Assembly (NCBI GenBank): GCA_963813535.1 | Contig: CAWEZH010000002.1 | Location: 1,120,573-1,184,572 of the forward strand | Direction of reading: 5' to 3' | Source: an uncultured Chloroflexia bacterium | Lineage (GTDB): Bacteria > Chloroflexota > Limnocylindria > Limnocylindrales > CSP1-4 | Length of the DNA stretch: 64,000 bases | Shown: positions 48,808 through 57,768 of the stretch, piece after piece | Layout: each line of letters starts with the position of its first letter | How positions within the stretch are numbered: the stretch's first letter is position 1 | Made by a program: the position numbers and the translations under genes | The notes under the pieces: model-generated | The model's input: only the letters and a program-made list of their open reading frames with translations | The model's database searches: none | What the model was told of the DNA's origin: nothing

Positions 48808-49539
48808 ATGCCCACCGCCCTGCGACCGGCCCGGTCGCTGCTGGCTCTTGCGCTCGTCGCCAACCTCGTCGCGGTCAGCGCCCCGACCGCGGCCCTCGGC
48901 GGTGAGCGCGCCTTCGACATGGGCGCTGCATCCTCCCCTGCGTCGCGCATCGCGACCCCTGCCGACAGCGCGGATCGTGCGGCAGCGGCGCGAGCGCGCA
49001 CCGTCGCGACCGCACCCAGCCGCCCGCGGATGGTCGCGGTCCCAGCCGACTGGACAGCCCGCCCCAAGACCTCGGTACCCCAGCCGAAGCCGACGACGGT
49101 GTCGAAGGAGACCGTATCGAGCGGATCGACGAAGAGCGGCACGCTCCGAGGTCGCAACCACGTCTGGATCCCGGCGCTCGGCATCGATCGGTCCGTGTCG
49201 GGCTACGCCTGCTCGTCGTCGTACTACCCGGGCAACCGCGTCTACCGCTGGGGGTGCGCCGGAGGCAACAACGTCTACCTGTTCGGTCACGCCCACAGCG
49301 TGTTCAAGCCGCTTCACGACGCCTACGTCCGGGGCCGGCTCCGCAAGGGGATGAAGGTGTTCTACGCCGGAGCCAACGGCAGGGTCGCCGCCTATGCCGT
49401 GTCCTGGTGGCGGCTCACGACGCCCGAGGATGGCGCGTGGGCCTATGCCGGCCAGTCCCGCCCCAGGTTGACGCTGCAGACCTGCGTCGGGGCGCGGAGT
49501 CAGTACCGCCTGATCGTTCGGCTCGCCAAGATCGGATAG
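48808..49539 (+). CDS. sortase family transpeptidase (class F/E-like)
   Basis: A signal/TM segment is followed by the catalytic triad context: His in VYLFGHAHS, Cys in LTLQTC, and Arg in YRLIVRL. These match the sortase TLxTC and downstream Arg signature. Confidence 0.65.
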   Translation: MPTALRPARSLLALALVANLVAVSAPTAALGGERAFDMGAASSPASRIATPADSADRAAAARARTVATAPSRPRMVAVPADWTARPKTSVPQPKPTTVSKETVSSGSTKSGTLRGRNHVWIPALGIDRSVSGYACSSSYYPGNRVYRWGCAGGNNVYLFGHAHSVFKPLHDAYVRGRLRKGMKVFYAGANGRVAAYAVSWWRLTTPEDGAWAYAGQSRPRLTLQTCVGARSQYRLIVRLAKIG

Positions 49540-49549
49540 GGGGGTCCTC

Positions 49550-49582
49550 GGGCTGAGGGAACGCAGGAGCTTTCCTCAGCCC
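49550..49582. terminator. inverted repeat GGGCTGAGG-N15-CCTCAGCCC between convergent sortase (+) and acyl-CoA dehydrogenase (-) genes
   Basis: A 9-bp perfect stem has a long loop and no obvious T-tract, so it is only a candidate. Confidence 0.35.
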
Positions 49583-49593
49583 TCGGAGAGTTA

Positions 49594-50748
49594 CTACACG
49601 ACTCTGAGGCCCAGGATCTGCCGGGCGATCACCAGTCGCTGGACCTGGCTCGTGCCCTCTCCGATCTCGGTCAGCTTGGCGTCGCGCATGTAGCGCTCGA
49701 CCGGGTAGTCCGTGGTGTAGCCGTAGCCGCCGTGGATCTGGATGGCCGCGTTCGTGGCACGCGAGCTGACCTCGGAGGCGAACAGCTTGCCCTCTGCGGC
49801 GACGAGACCGTAGTCGCGCCCCTGGTCCTTGAGCCAGGCGGCCTTCCAGACGAGCGAACGGGCGGCTTCGATCTCGGTCGCCATGTCGGCGACCATGAAC
49901 GCGACACCCTGGAAGCTGCCGATCGGACGGCCGAACTGCTCACGGGTCTGGGCGTACGGGATGCTCGCGTCCAGCGCGGCCTGTGCCAGCCCGACCGCCA
50001 AGGCCCCGATCGAGATCCGCCCGCCGTCGAGGATCTTGAGGAAGGTCCGGAAGCCGTCGCCCTGCGCTCCGAGCAGGTTGTCCGCCGGGATCCGCGCCGA
50101 GTCGAACCGGAGCTCGCCGGTCGCCGACGCATGCAGGCCCAGCTTGTCCTCGAGCCGCCCGACGCTGAACCCGGGCGTGTCGGCGGGGACGATGAAGGCG
50201 CTGATCTCGGCGTCGCCCTTGTCCGTCGTGCCGGTCTTCGCGGTCACGACGTACGTGCCGGCGTGTCCGGCGTTCGTGATGAAGCGCTTCGCACCGTCGA
50301 GGACCCAGCAGTCGTCCTCGAGCCGTGCGGTCGTGCGCGTGCCACCCGCATCAGAGCCGGCCCCGGGTTCGGTCAGGCCGTACGCACCGAGGACCTTGCC
50401 GCTCGCCATCGGGACGAGGAAGAGCTGCTTCTGCTCGTCGGTACCGGCGAGATGGAGCGGGCCGCAACCGAGGCTGGTGTGGGCCGCGACGATCAGCCCG
50501 AGCGAGCCCCACACCCGGCCGATCTCCTCGACCGCGATCGCGTAGGCCAGCGTGTCGAGCCCGGCCCCGCCCTCGTCCTCGGGGATCGGGATGCCCAGCC
50601 AGCCGAGCTCGCCGATGCGCCGCACGATCTCGGTCGGGAACCGGCGCTCTCGCTCGTGCTCCTCGACGACCGGCGCGACCTCGGTCGTCATGAAGTCCCG
50701 GATGGTGTCGCGCAGGAGCGTGTGCTCCGGAGCGAGGTCGAGGTCCAT
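49594..50748 (-). CDS. acyl-CoA dehydrogenase
   Basis: Start chosen at [12 protein letters not shown] and substrate blocks are present ([33 protein letters not shown]) and the catalytic Glu lies in the ...TEIGEGTS region. The 255-aa N-terminal extension of the track ORF was rejected. Confidence 0.9.
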   Translation of the reverse strand: MDLDLAPEHTLLRDTIRDFMTTEVAPVVEEHERERRFPTEIVRRIGELGWLGIPIPEDEGGAGLDTLAYAIAVEEIGRVWGSLGLIVAAHTSLGCGPLHLAGTDEQKQLFLVPMASGKVLGAYGLTEPGAGSDAGGTRTTARLEDDCWVLDGAKRFITNAGHAGTYVVTAKTGTTDKGDAEISAFIVPADTPGFSVGRLEDKLGLHASATGELRFDSARIPADNLLGAQGDGFRTFLKILDGGRISIGALAVGLAQAALDASIPYAQTREQFGRPIGSFQGVAFMVADMATEIEAARSLVWKAAWLKDQGRDYGLVAAEGKLFASEVSSRATNAAIQIHGGYGYTTDYPVERYMRDAKLTEIGEGTSQVQRLVIARQILGLRVV

Positions 50749-50805
50749 CGCTCCGAGCCTATCACCGCAGCATGCCTCGGGTCCCGGTGCTAGCCTTCCC
50801 GGACG

Positions 50806-51567
50806 ATGTCCGAGCCGCGCAGCGCCCCGGGGGCGCCGGCCACCCCGCCCGCCCCGGGTCCCGCGAACGACCGCGGCCGGATCGACGCCGCTGAGATCGC
50901 CGCGGGCACGATGGCCGGTGCGATCGGCGGCTCCTCCGCTCTTCGCCGGAACCTGCTGGTCATGTTGCGACATGAGGGTCCCTCCGCCCCTGAGGACCTC
51001 GCGACAGCACTCGGCGCGAGCCGGACGGGTGTGCTCCAGCAGCTCCACGCGCTGGAGACTGCCGGCCTGGTCAGCCGACGTTCGGTGCGCCATGGCGTCG
51101 GACGGCCGCGCCATGTGTATGACGTGACCGACGCGGCGCAGGAACTGTTCCCGACCAACTACGACGGCCTCGCCTTGGGGTTGCTCGCCGCCATCCGGGC
51201 GATCGGCGGCGACGCGCTCGTGGATGACGTGTTCGACGAACGGCGGCGTACGACGGAGACCCGCGTACGGCAGCGCCTGTCCGAACGACTCCCAGCCGAC
51301 GCGTCGGTCGAGGATCGCGCCCGTGAGCTGGCCGTCATCCAGGACGAGCAGGGCTATCTCGCCGAAACGCTCGTCGGCGCCGACGGCGTGCTCCGGCTCG
51401 TCGAGCGGAACTGTGCGATCCACCACATCGCCGCCGACACGGCGGCCGCCTGTCGTGCCGAGCTGGACCTGTTCCGGGACATCCTCGGCACCGACGTCCA
51501 ACGCGAGACGCACATCGCGGCGGGCGACCGCTGTTGCACGTACCGCATCGGGAGCGCGACCGACTGA
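50806..51567 (+). CDS. winged-helix transcriptional regulator (ArsR-like HTH, COG2345-type architecture); start uncertain
   Basis: An HTH segment [44 protein letters not shown] is followed by a Cys-containing C-terminal domain (..[18 protein letters not shown].. CCTYRI). It is divergent from the acyl-CoA dehydrogenase gene. Confidence 0.55.
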   Translation: MSEPRSAPGAPATPPAPGPANDRGRIDAAEIAAGTMAGAIGGSSALRRNLLVMLRHEGPSAPEDLATALGASRTGVLQQLHALETAGLVSRRSVRHGVGRPRHVYDVTDAAQELFPTNYDGLALGLLAAIRAIGGDALVDDVFDERRRTTETRVRQRLSERLPADASVEDRARELAVIQDEQGYLAETLVGADGVLRLVERNCAIHHIAADTAAACRAELDLFRDILGTDVQRETHIAAGDRCCTYRIGSATD

Positions 51568-51752
51568 CGTCGGTGACCGAGAGCACCGTCTGTGTGCGAA
51601 CCGGCTCGACGCGTCTATCCGTACTAGGTAACAATCGGGACCATCGTCCGACCACGAGGTCGGGCAACGTCCGTTGCATGACGGGGGAGCACGGATGCCG
51701 GCTGCATGACGCGGGTCTCGTGCGCGCCCGGCGGACCGCGCCGAGCTGAGGG

Positions 51753-52805
51753 TTAGGCCTCTTCGCGCTCCACGACCCCGCGGGAGGCGGGCGCGAGCCG
51801 GGGCTGCGGAACGTCGGACACATTCGGCACGAACGACGCGGCAAGCGACGTGGCGGCGGCCGTCTCCTGGTCCTCGGCCGACAGGATGCCCAGCCGGCCG
51901 AGCGTCGCCATCTCGTCGCGGATGTACGTCTTGAGCATCTCCGGGCCGTCGGTGTTGATGGTGAACCGGATGCCGTTGCGCCGGAACGTATCGAAGATCC
52001 AGCGGAACTCGTCCCAGCCGGACACGACCTTCGTGTTGAGATTGGACGTCGGGCAGATCTCCAGCACGATGCCGCGCTCGCGGATCATCTCCATCGCGCG
52101 CGGATCGTAGGCGGCCTTCACGCCATGGCCGATACGATCGGGTTCCAGCAGTTCGACGACGCGGGCGATCTCGTCGACCGGGCCGGCTTCACCGGTGTGG
52201 ACCGTGATCCCGAGGCCGAACTGGCGGGCTCGGCGGAACAACCGGCGATAGTCGGCGACGCGGAAGGTCGACGCCTCCGGCCCGGCGATATCGATCCCGA
52301 CCACGCCACGGTCCCGCCAGCTGATGGCCTTCTCCGCGATGATCTCATTCAGCTCGAACGGGAATGCGCGATCGAGGCAGAAGATGAGCCCGGGTTTGAC
52401 CGGGTACTCGAGCGTGGCCTTGTCCATGCCCCGGAGCGCCGCCGCGATGATGTGGTCGAGATCCTGCTCGCCACCGCGGTTCCTCTTCATCGGGTTGAAG
52501 CGGAGCTCCATCGTCGTGATGTTGTTCTTGCGGTAGGCACCGCCGACCACTTCGTACACGGCTCGTTCGACCGCGATCGGCGAGCTCTGGATGAGCTCGG
52601 TCCAGTGGAAGAGCTGCAGGTAGCCGTCGAAGCTCTGGGAGCGCTTCGAGACCGTGATCATGTCCCGGAACTCCCAGTAGTCCTTGGTCGGCAACTTGAT
52701 GCCCTGGGCGTGTGCGATGCCCCACATGATCGCCGGGGTCACGGCGCCGCCGAGATGGCAGTGCAGCTCTGCGAGCGGGACCTTGCGAGCGAGCTGTCGG
52801 ACCAT
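51753..52805 (-). CDS. adenosine/adenine deaminase family metallo-dependent hydrolase
   Basis: Motifs present are [10 protein letters not shown] (HxH metal ligands), VHTGEAG (catalytic Glu/His) and FTINTDGPE (terminal Asp). Confidence 0.8.
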   Translation of the reverse strand: MVRQLARKVPLAELHCHLGGAVTPAIMWGIAHAQGIKLPTKDYWEFRDMITVSKRSQSFDGYLQLFHWTELIQSSPIAVERAVYEVVGGAYRKNNITTMELRFNPMKRNRGGEQDLDHIIAAALRGMDKATLEYPVKPGLIFCLDRAFPFELNEIIAEKAISWRDRGVVGIDIAGPEASTFRVADYRRLFRRARQFGLGITVHTGEAGPVDEIARVVELLEPDRIGHGVKAAYDPRAMEMIRERGIVLEICPTSNLNTKVVSGWDEFRWIFDTFRRNGIRFTINTDGPEMLKTYIRDEMATLGRLGILSAEDQETAAATSLAASFVPNVSDVPQPRLAPASRGVVEREEA

Positions 52806-52849
52806 GCCCCGAGGATAGCGTCAGGCGCCGTCGGGTGTGGCCACCTGGG

Positions 52850-53575
52850 TCACTGGCAGAGCGGCAGGTACTTCTCGCCGTCGCGTCGTACCAGCTGGAC
52901 GGTCAGGCCGCCTTTGGATGTGAACGTCGCCCGATCCGGGTCGAGGACGTTCAGGGTCCCCTGAGCGGCGTTGATCGCATCCGGATGGTCGCCGTCCACC
53001 GGACCGACCGGATCCCACCACGAACCGTCGGCGTCGATCCCGCTCCAGAGGCCGCAATGGCCGAGCGAGTACGGCCGCGCGCCAGCCGAGACGGGCGGCT
53101 GGGTCGATGGTCCGACGAGCACGCCGAACGCGTCCTGCTGCGCGAAGGTGAGCCGGGCGTCGTCGGCGGCCGCCGTCACGTGGTATGACAGCGCGCCGGC
53201 TCCGGCCTCGATGGTGATGTCGCCCTGCGGTCGTGCGACGAGTGACGTGGCGCATGGCCCCCCGTCCGGGCACCCGAACGGTCCGACCTGGACGTATCGC
53301 GCGGCGGTCCCGGCGGGCACGATCTCGCCCACTTCGGCGACGAGCCGGCGACAGTCATCGGCGCCCACGCCGATGCAGGCTGTCGGGACGCTACCCAGGT
53401 CGATACCGCTCGACTCCGCTGATGCCGAAGTCGAGGCCGATGGTGATGGCTCGGTCGCGAGTGGTGTCGGCGCCTGGATCGACGAGTTCGATGGCGAGGC
53501 CGTTGAGGTCGCGCAGGCGCCGGCGATCAGCGCGGAGAGGGCGGCCAGGAGGGCGGCACGCAAGGGTCGTGGCAT
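52850..53575 (-). CDS. lipoprotein (241 aa)
   Basis: The N-terminus MPRPLRAALLAALSALIAGACAT contains an LIAGAC lipobox. A Ser/Thr/Pro linker precedes a Cys-containing domain. Confidence 0.55.
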   Translation of the reverse strand: MPRPLRAALLAALSALIAGACATSTASPSNSSIQAPTPLATEPSPSASTSASAESSGIDLGSVPTACIGVGADDCRRLVAEVGEIVPAGTAARYVQVGPFGCPDGGPCATSLVARPQGDITIEAGAGALSYHVTAAADDARLTFAQQDAFGVLVGPSTQPPVSAGARPYSLGHCGLWSGIDADGSWWDPVGPVDGDHPDAINAAQGTLNVLDPDRATFTSKGGLTVQLVRRDGEKYLPLCQ

Positions 53576-53623
53576 GCCGCCGGGACGTCGCGACCGATCC
53601 GTCGGTTCCGGGTCGACCCGAGA

Positions 53624-54649
53624 TCAGCCGGCGAGTGGGACGACGCGCCCTTCGTCATCGATGGTGGCCCGGCGGCGACGCTTGAGCTCTGCGTCGGGGA
53701 CCTGGTCCCGCGCGTGATAGCTGGAGCGGACGAGCGGGGCCGACTCGACGTGCTTGAAGCCGAGCGCCAGCGCCGCTGCCTTCATCTCGGCGAACTCGTC
53801 GGGATGGTAGTAGCGCTCCAGTGGAAGGTGCTGCATCGACGGTCGCAGGTACTGGCCGACGGTCAGGATGTCGACGTCGTTCTCGCGTAGCGCCTCGAAT
53901 GCCTCCTGGAGCTCGTCGCGCGTCTCACCGAGGCCGACCATGAGGCTCGACTTGGTGTGCACCGGGTAACCGATCTCGCGCGCCATCTCCTTGGCCCGCC
54001 GAAGCACGTAGAGGCTGCGGTCCCAGCGCGCCCGCTTGCGCACCGGCTTCTGGAGTCGGCGGACCGTCTCGAGATTGTGGTTGAGGATGTCCGGCCGCGC
54101 ATCCATGACCGTCCGCAGCCGATCGTCGGAGCCGTCGAAATCCGGGATGAGGACCTCGATGCCCATGCCGGGACTTCGTTCGCGCATGCAGCCGATGGTC
54201 TCGGCGAAGATCCGCGACCCGCCGTCGGGCAGGTCATCTCGAGCGACACTGGTCACGACGACGTGTTCGAGACGCATCGCGGCCACGGCCTCGGCGACCC
54301 GGCGCGGCTCGTCGTCGTCGAACCAGGTGGGGCGACCCGTCTTGACGGCGCAGAACCCGCAGGCACGGGTGCAGGTATCGCCGAGGATCATGATCGTGGC
54401 GGTGCGCTGATCCCAGCATTCCCCGATGTTCGGGCAGTGCGCCTCCTCGCAGACGGTGTTGAGCTGGAGGCCGCGGAGCAGGCGCTTCAGGTCCTGGAAG
54501 TTGTCGCCCGACGGCACCCGAGCGCGGATCCAATCCGGATGGCGGCGAAGCGGCGTGACCGATCCACCCATCGCGATCGAATCCGGGGCGGGCGCCGGAT
54601 GGCGCCCACCGCTGGACGGGGGCTCGAACATCGGAAGCTCACGGGCCAT
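53624..54649 (-). CDS. lipA: lipoyl synthase
   Basis: The N-terminal cluster motif CEEAHCPNIGEC and the radical-SAM motif CTRACGFCAV are present, with downstream conserved blocks (VVVTSVARDDL, NHNLETV, KSSLMVGLGET). The 481-aa track ORF is over-extended at the N-terminus. Confidence 0.9.
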   Translation of the reverse strand: MARELPMFEPPSSGGRHPAPAPDSIAMGGSVTPLRRHPDWIRARVPSGDNFQDLKRLLRGLQLNTVCEEAHCPNIGECWDQRTATIMILGDTCTRACGFCAVKTGRPTWFDDDEPRRVAEAVAAMRLEHVVVTSVARDDLPDGGSRIFAETIGCMRERSPGMGIEVLIPDFDGSDDRLRTVMDARPDILNHNLETVRRLQKPVRKRARWDRSLYVLRRAKEMAREIGYPVHTKSSLMVGLGETRDELQEAFEALRENDVDILTVGQYLRPSMQHLPLERYYHPDEFAEMKAAALALGFKHVESAPLVRSSYHARDQVPDAELKRRRRATIDDEGRVVPLAG

Positions 54650-54684
54650 GGCGCGAGTGTAGTCCCGTTCGGATCCGTCCACGG

Positions 54685-55131
54685 TCAGGTGGCCGGAGGA
54701 CCGGATGGCGCATGGAACTGGCTCGAGATCGCCGCGCCGACGCGATCGCCGTCCAGATCGAGGAGGACCAGGTACCAGTCGGCTGCGGCCTCGAACGCCG
54801 GCCGGCGCGCCTCGTCGATATCGTCGACCGGCATGCTCAGCTTCAGCCCATCGCGGCTCGGGTAGCTCCCCATGAACTCGCAATCCCCGCCGGGCGTCCA
54901 GCCGACACGCTCGGCGGCCCCGTCCGGGAGTCGTGGCGGCTGGGCGGGGCAGAGGTAGACCGCCGAGATATCGGCGAACCAGCCGGGAGCATCGAGCTCG
55001 ACCGTCGCCGGGGTCGTCCAGATATGCAGGTTCACCGGCGTGCCGAAGTCGAGTGACCCCGGCCCGCACCCGCCGGCGACGAGGGCGATCCCGAGCGCTG
55101 CGGCGACGAGCGGTCTGCGCTCAGCGCCCAT
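54685..55131 (-). CDS. lipoprotein (148 aa)
   Basis: The N-terminus MGAERRPLVAAALGIALVAGGCG contains an LVAGGC lipobox. It overlaps the upstream gene end by about 10 nt. Confidence 0.5.
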   Translation of the reverse strand: MGAERRPLVAAALGIALVAGGCGPGSLDFGTPVNLHIWTTPATVELDAPGWFADISAVYLCPAQPPRLPDGAAERVGWTPGGDCEFMGSYPSRDGLKLSMPVDDIDEARRPAFEAAADWYLVLLDLDGDRVGAAISSQFHAPSGPPAT

Positions 55132-56092
55132 CGAACGTCGCCCGGAGACCGCTCGCCAGATCCCGCGGCGCGTACCCGAGCTCGGTGGCGGCCTTGGCCG
55201 ACGAGCCCCAGAACGTGACGCCGATCGCGGATCGGGCCACCTCGCCGAGGTCGTCGGGGAGGCCCATCGAGCGTGCCAGCGCCGCAGGGGCGCGCGCGCC
55301 GAGTCGGACCATCCCGGTCGGGATCTCGAGGCGCGGCAGCGTCCGGCCGCCGAGCCGGGCGGCCATCTGCATCGCGTCGCGCAGCTTCATGTTCTGCCCG
55401 CCGAGGAAGTACGGCTCGCCGATGCGGCCGCGGTCCAGCGCCGCGACGATCCCGGCCGCGACGTCGTCCACGAATACGGGCGAGATGCCCAGGTCCGCCA
55501 GGACCAGGTACCGCAACGTTCCGTCGTAGGCGCCCTTGAGCTGTTGCCCGATGGCCGAATGGTCGTTCGGGCCGTACGTCGTACCGGGCATGGCGATCAC
55601 GATCCGGGCACCCCCGCCGATGCGTTCCTGGACGGCGCGGTGGGCCAGGTACTTCGTCTCGTCGTAGTAGCTGAGGAACCCCTCCGACAGGTCCCGTCGG
55701 TAGCGCTCGTCGACGATGCGCCCGTGCGTGTTGCCGGCCACGTTGATCGTCGAGATCGCCACCAGACGGTCGAGCCCGGCGGTCGCGAACGCGTCGAGGA
55801 CGCGGTGCGTCCCGCCGACGTTCGCGTCGTGCATCGCGGGGCGCTCGCTCGCCGGGATCCCGACCCGGTAGATACCGGCGAGGTGGATGGCGGCATCGGT
55901 GCCACGCATCGCGTCGACGATCGCCGCCGTCCGCGACAGGTCGCCCTCTCGCACATCGACGCCCATCGCGGCGAGCGGCTCAGCGCGCTCGAGGTCCCGG
56001 ACGACCGCCGTGACCCGGTCGCCACGGGCCATCAAGCGCCGGACGACGGCCTCACCGATGAACCCCGATCCGCCAGTGACGAATACACGCAT
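55121..56092 (-). CDS. NAD-dependent epimerase/dehydratase family (extended SDR) protein
   Basis: The Rossmann motif MRVFVTGGSGFIGEAVVRRL is present, with a YxxxK-type catalytic region (YDETKYLAHR). Confidence 0.8.
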   Translation of the reverse strand: MRVFVTGGSGFIGEAVVRRLMARGDRVTAVVRDLERAEPLAAMGVDVREGDLSRTAAIVDAMRGTDAAIHLAGIYRVGIPASERPAMHDANVGGTHRVLDAFATAGLDRLVAISTINVAGNTHGRIVDERYRRDLSEGFLSYYDETKYLAHRAVQERIGGGARIVIAMPGTTYGPNDHSAIGQQLKGAYDGTLRYLVLADLGISPVFVDDVAAGIVAALDRGRIGEPYFLGGQNMKLRDAMQMAARLGGRTLPRLEIPTGMVRLGARAPAALARSMGLPDDLGEVARSAIGVTFWGSSAKAATELGYAPRDLASGLRATFDGR

Positions 56093-56132
56093 CAGGCGAG
56101 GGCCCCCGAGAGCGGGACGACGCCCTCAGCGT

Positions 56133-57647
56133 TCAGTAGATCGGCGTGTCCGGCCCGACCGCCTCGAGCCACGCCTTGATATCGCGAAGCAGCGCGGCAC
56201 CGCCCGCGCCGTCATTCGCCCGGTGGTCGACGCCGAGGACCATGTTCATGATCGGGCGGATGGCGATGACGTCGCCGTCGGGGGTCGACTGCACGACCGG
56301 ACGCTTGGTGATCGCCTCCATGGTCACGATCCCGACCTCGGGGACATTGAGGATCGGCATGACCAGGTTCGTGCCGAGGTAGCCGGTGTTGTCGACGGTG
56401 AACGTGCCACCTCCGAAGTCGTCGACTCGGAACTTGTTGGCGCGTGCCCGGTTGGCGACGTCGGTGATGGCGACGTTCAGGCCATGGATCGAGAGCGTGT
56501 CCGCGTCGCGGATGACGGGCACCAGCAGGCCGTCGTCCACGGCCACGGCCACGCCGATATTGATCCTGCGCTTGGCGAGCAGGCCCTCCTCGGTCCAATT
56601 GGCGTTGAACGTCGGATTGCGCTTCAGCGCTTCCGCCGCGGCCTTCACGACGAACGGCACGTAGCTGAGCGAGATGCCTTCCTTCGCCTGATACGCCTTC
56701 TTGGCGGCCTCACGGGCAGCCATGAGACGCGTCACGTCGACCTCCATCTGGACGTAGGCGTGGGGCGCCTGGAGGGCGCGCGTCATCTGGGCCGCGATGC
56801 CCTTGCGCATCTGGGTCATCGGCAGGAGGACTTCGTCGGCGCCTTCCGGGAAGTCGACGGTCGCGGCCGTCGGCATCGCGGATCGCTGGGCCGTGGCAGG
56901 CGCCGGGGCAGCTGCCGGTTGCGCCGCGCTCGGGCCGGCCTGGGCGGGCGCCGTAGCGGGCTTCGCCGCCGGGGCGGGTGCGGCGCCACCCGTCCGGATC
57001 GTCTCGACCACGGCGAGCACGTCGTCCCGGGTGATGCGCCCGCCTCCGCCAGTGCCGACGATCTGCTCGGCACTCAAGCCGTGCTCGCGGAGCAGCCGCC
57101 GAACAGCGGGCGTCATGCGCGCATCGGCATCGCCCTGGGCCGTCGGTGGGGCGGCCGTGGCGGCGGCAGCCGGGCGTTCGGCCGCGGGGGCGGATGCGCT
57201 CGGCGCCATGCCGGAGGGCGCCGACGCGGCCGCGGTTGCCCCGGCGGACGAGCCGTTCGCGGATTCGTCCGAACCGGCTGGTCCCTTCGTGTCGACCGGG
57301 GCCGGATCGTCGGCGGCGGGCTTCGCAGTGTCCTTTGCAGCATCCGGCTCGACCGGTGCGGCCTTGGCCTCGGCAGGCTGTGCGCCGTCGGCCGATGCGC
57401 CGTCGTCGGCCGTCTCGATGACCGCGATCTCCGCGTTGTTCGGGACCGTGGCGCCTTCCTCGGCCAGGATCTCCTTGAGGACGCCCTCGAACGGCGACGG
57501 GACCTCGGCGTTGACCTTGTCGGTGATGACCTCGAGCAGGGGCTCGTACTTGTCGACATGGTCGCCGGGCTGCTTGAGCCACTTGCCGATCGTCCCCTCG
57601 GCGACGCTCTCGCCGAGTTGGGGCATCGTCACCTTCGCCACGTTCAC
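56133..57647 (-). CDS. dihydrolipoamide acyltransferase (E2 component of a 2-oxoacid dehydrogenase complex)
   Basis: The lipoyl domain (VTMPQLGESVAEGTIGKWL...EVITDKVNAEV) is followed by an Ala/Pro linker and the E3-binding domain (TPAVRRLLREHGLS...GTGGGGRITRDDV). The catalytic domain ends ...DHRANDGAGGAALLRDIKAWLE. The GTG start has an AAGGAG Shine-Dalgarno sequence. Confidence 0.9.
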   Translation of the reverse strand: MNVAKVTMPQLGESVAEGTIGKWLKQPGDHVDKYEPLLEVITDKVNAEVPSPFEGVLKEILAEEGATVPNNAEIAVIETADDGASADGAQPAEAKAAPVEPDAAKDTAKPAADDPAPVDTKGPAGSDESANGSSAGATAAASAPSGMAPSASAPAAERPAAAATAAPPTAQGDADARMTPAVRRLLREHGLSAEQIVGTGGGGRITRDDVLAVVETIRTGGAAPAPAAKPATAPAQAGPSAAQPAAAPAPATAQRSAMPTAATVDFPEGADEVLLPMTQMRKGIAAQMTRALQAPHAYVQMEVDVTRLMAAREAAKKAYQAKEGISLSYVPFVVKAAAEALKRNPTFNANWTEEGLLAKRRINIGVAVAVDDGLLVPVIRDADTLSIHGLNVAITDVANRARANKFRVDDFGGGTFTVDNTGYLGTNLVMPILNVPEVGIVTMEAITKRPVVQSTPDGDVIAIRPIMNMVLGVDHRANDGAGGAALLRDIKAWLEAVGPDTPIY

Positions 57648-57768
57648 TGCTCCTTCGCAGGGGATCGTCGTCTCGCGACCGGTCTAGTGTCGCCCATCCG
57701 CGGGATGCCGGTCGAGTGGGCAGGCGGCCGGTCCGACGACCAGCGGCGCCTGTAGGGTATCGGTCGAG

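Noticed and set aside
50749-51513. 255-aa N-terminal extension of the acyl-CoA dehydrogenase ORF (track 49594..51513)
   Set aside because: It is Arg/Gly-rich nonsense antisense to the regulator gene. The conserved ACAD N-terminus begins at MDLDLAPEH (50748).
54650-55069. N-terminal extension of the lipA ORF (track 53624..55069)
   Set aside because: It overlaps the lipoprotein gene at 54685..55131 in another frame. Alignment with known LipA N-termini supports the start at about 54649.
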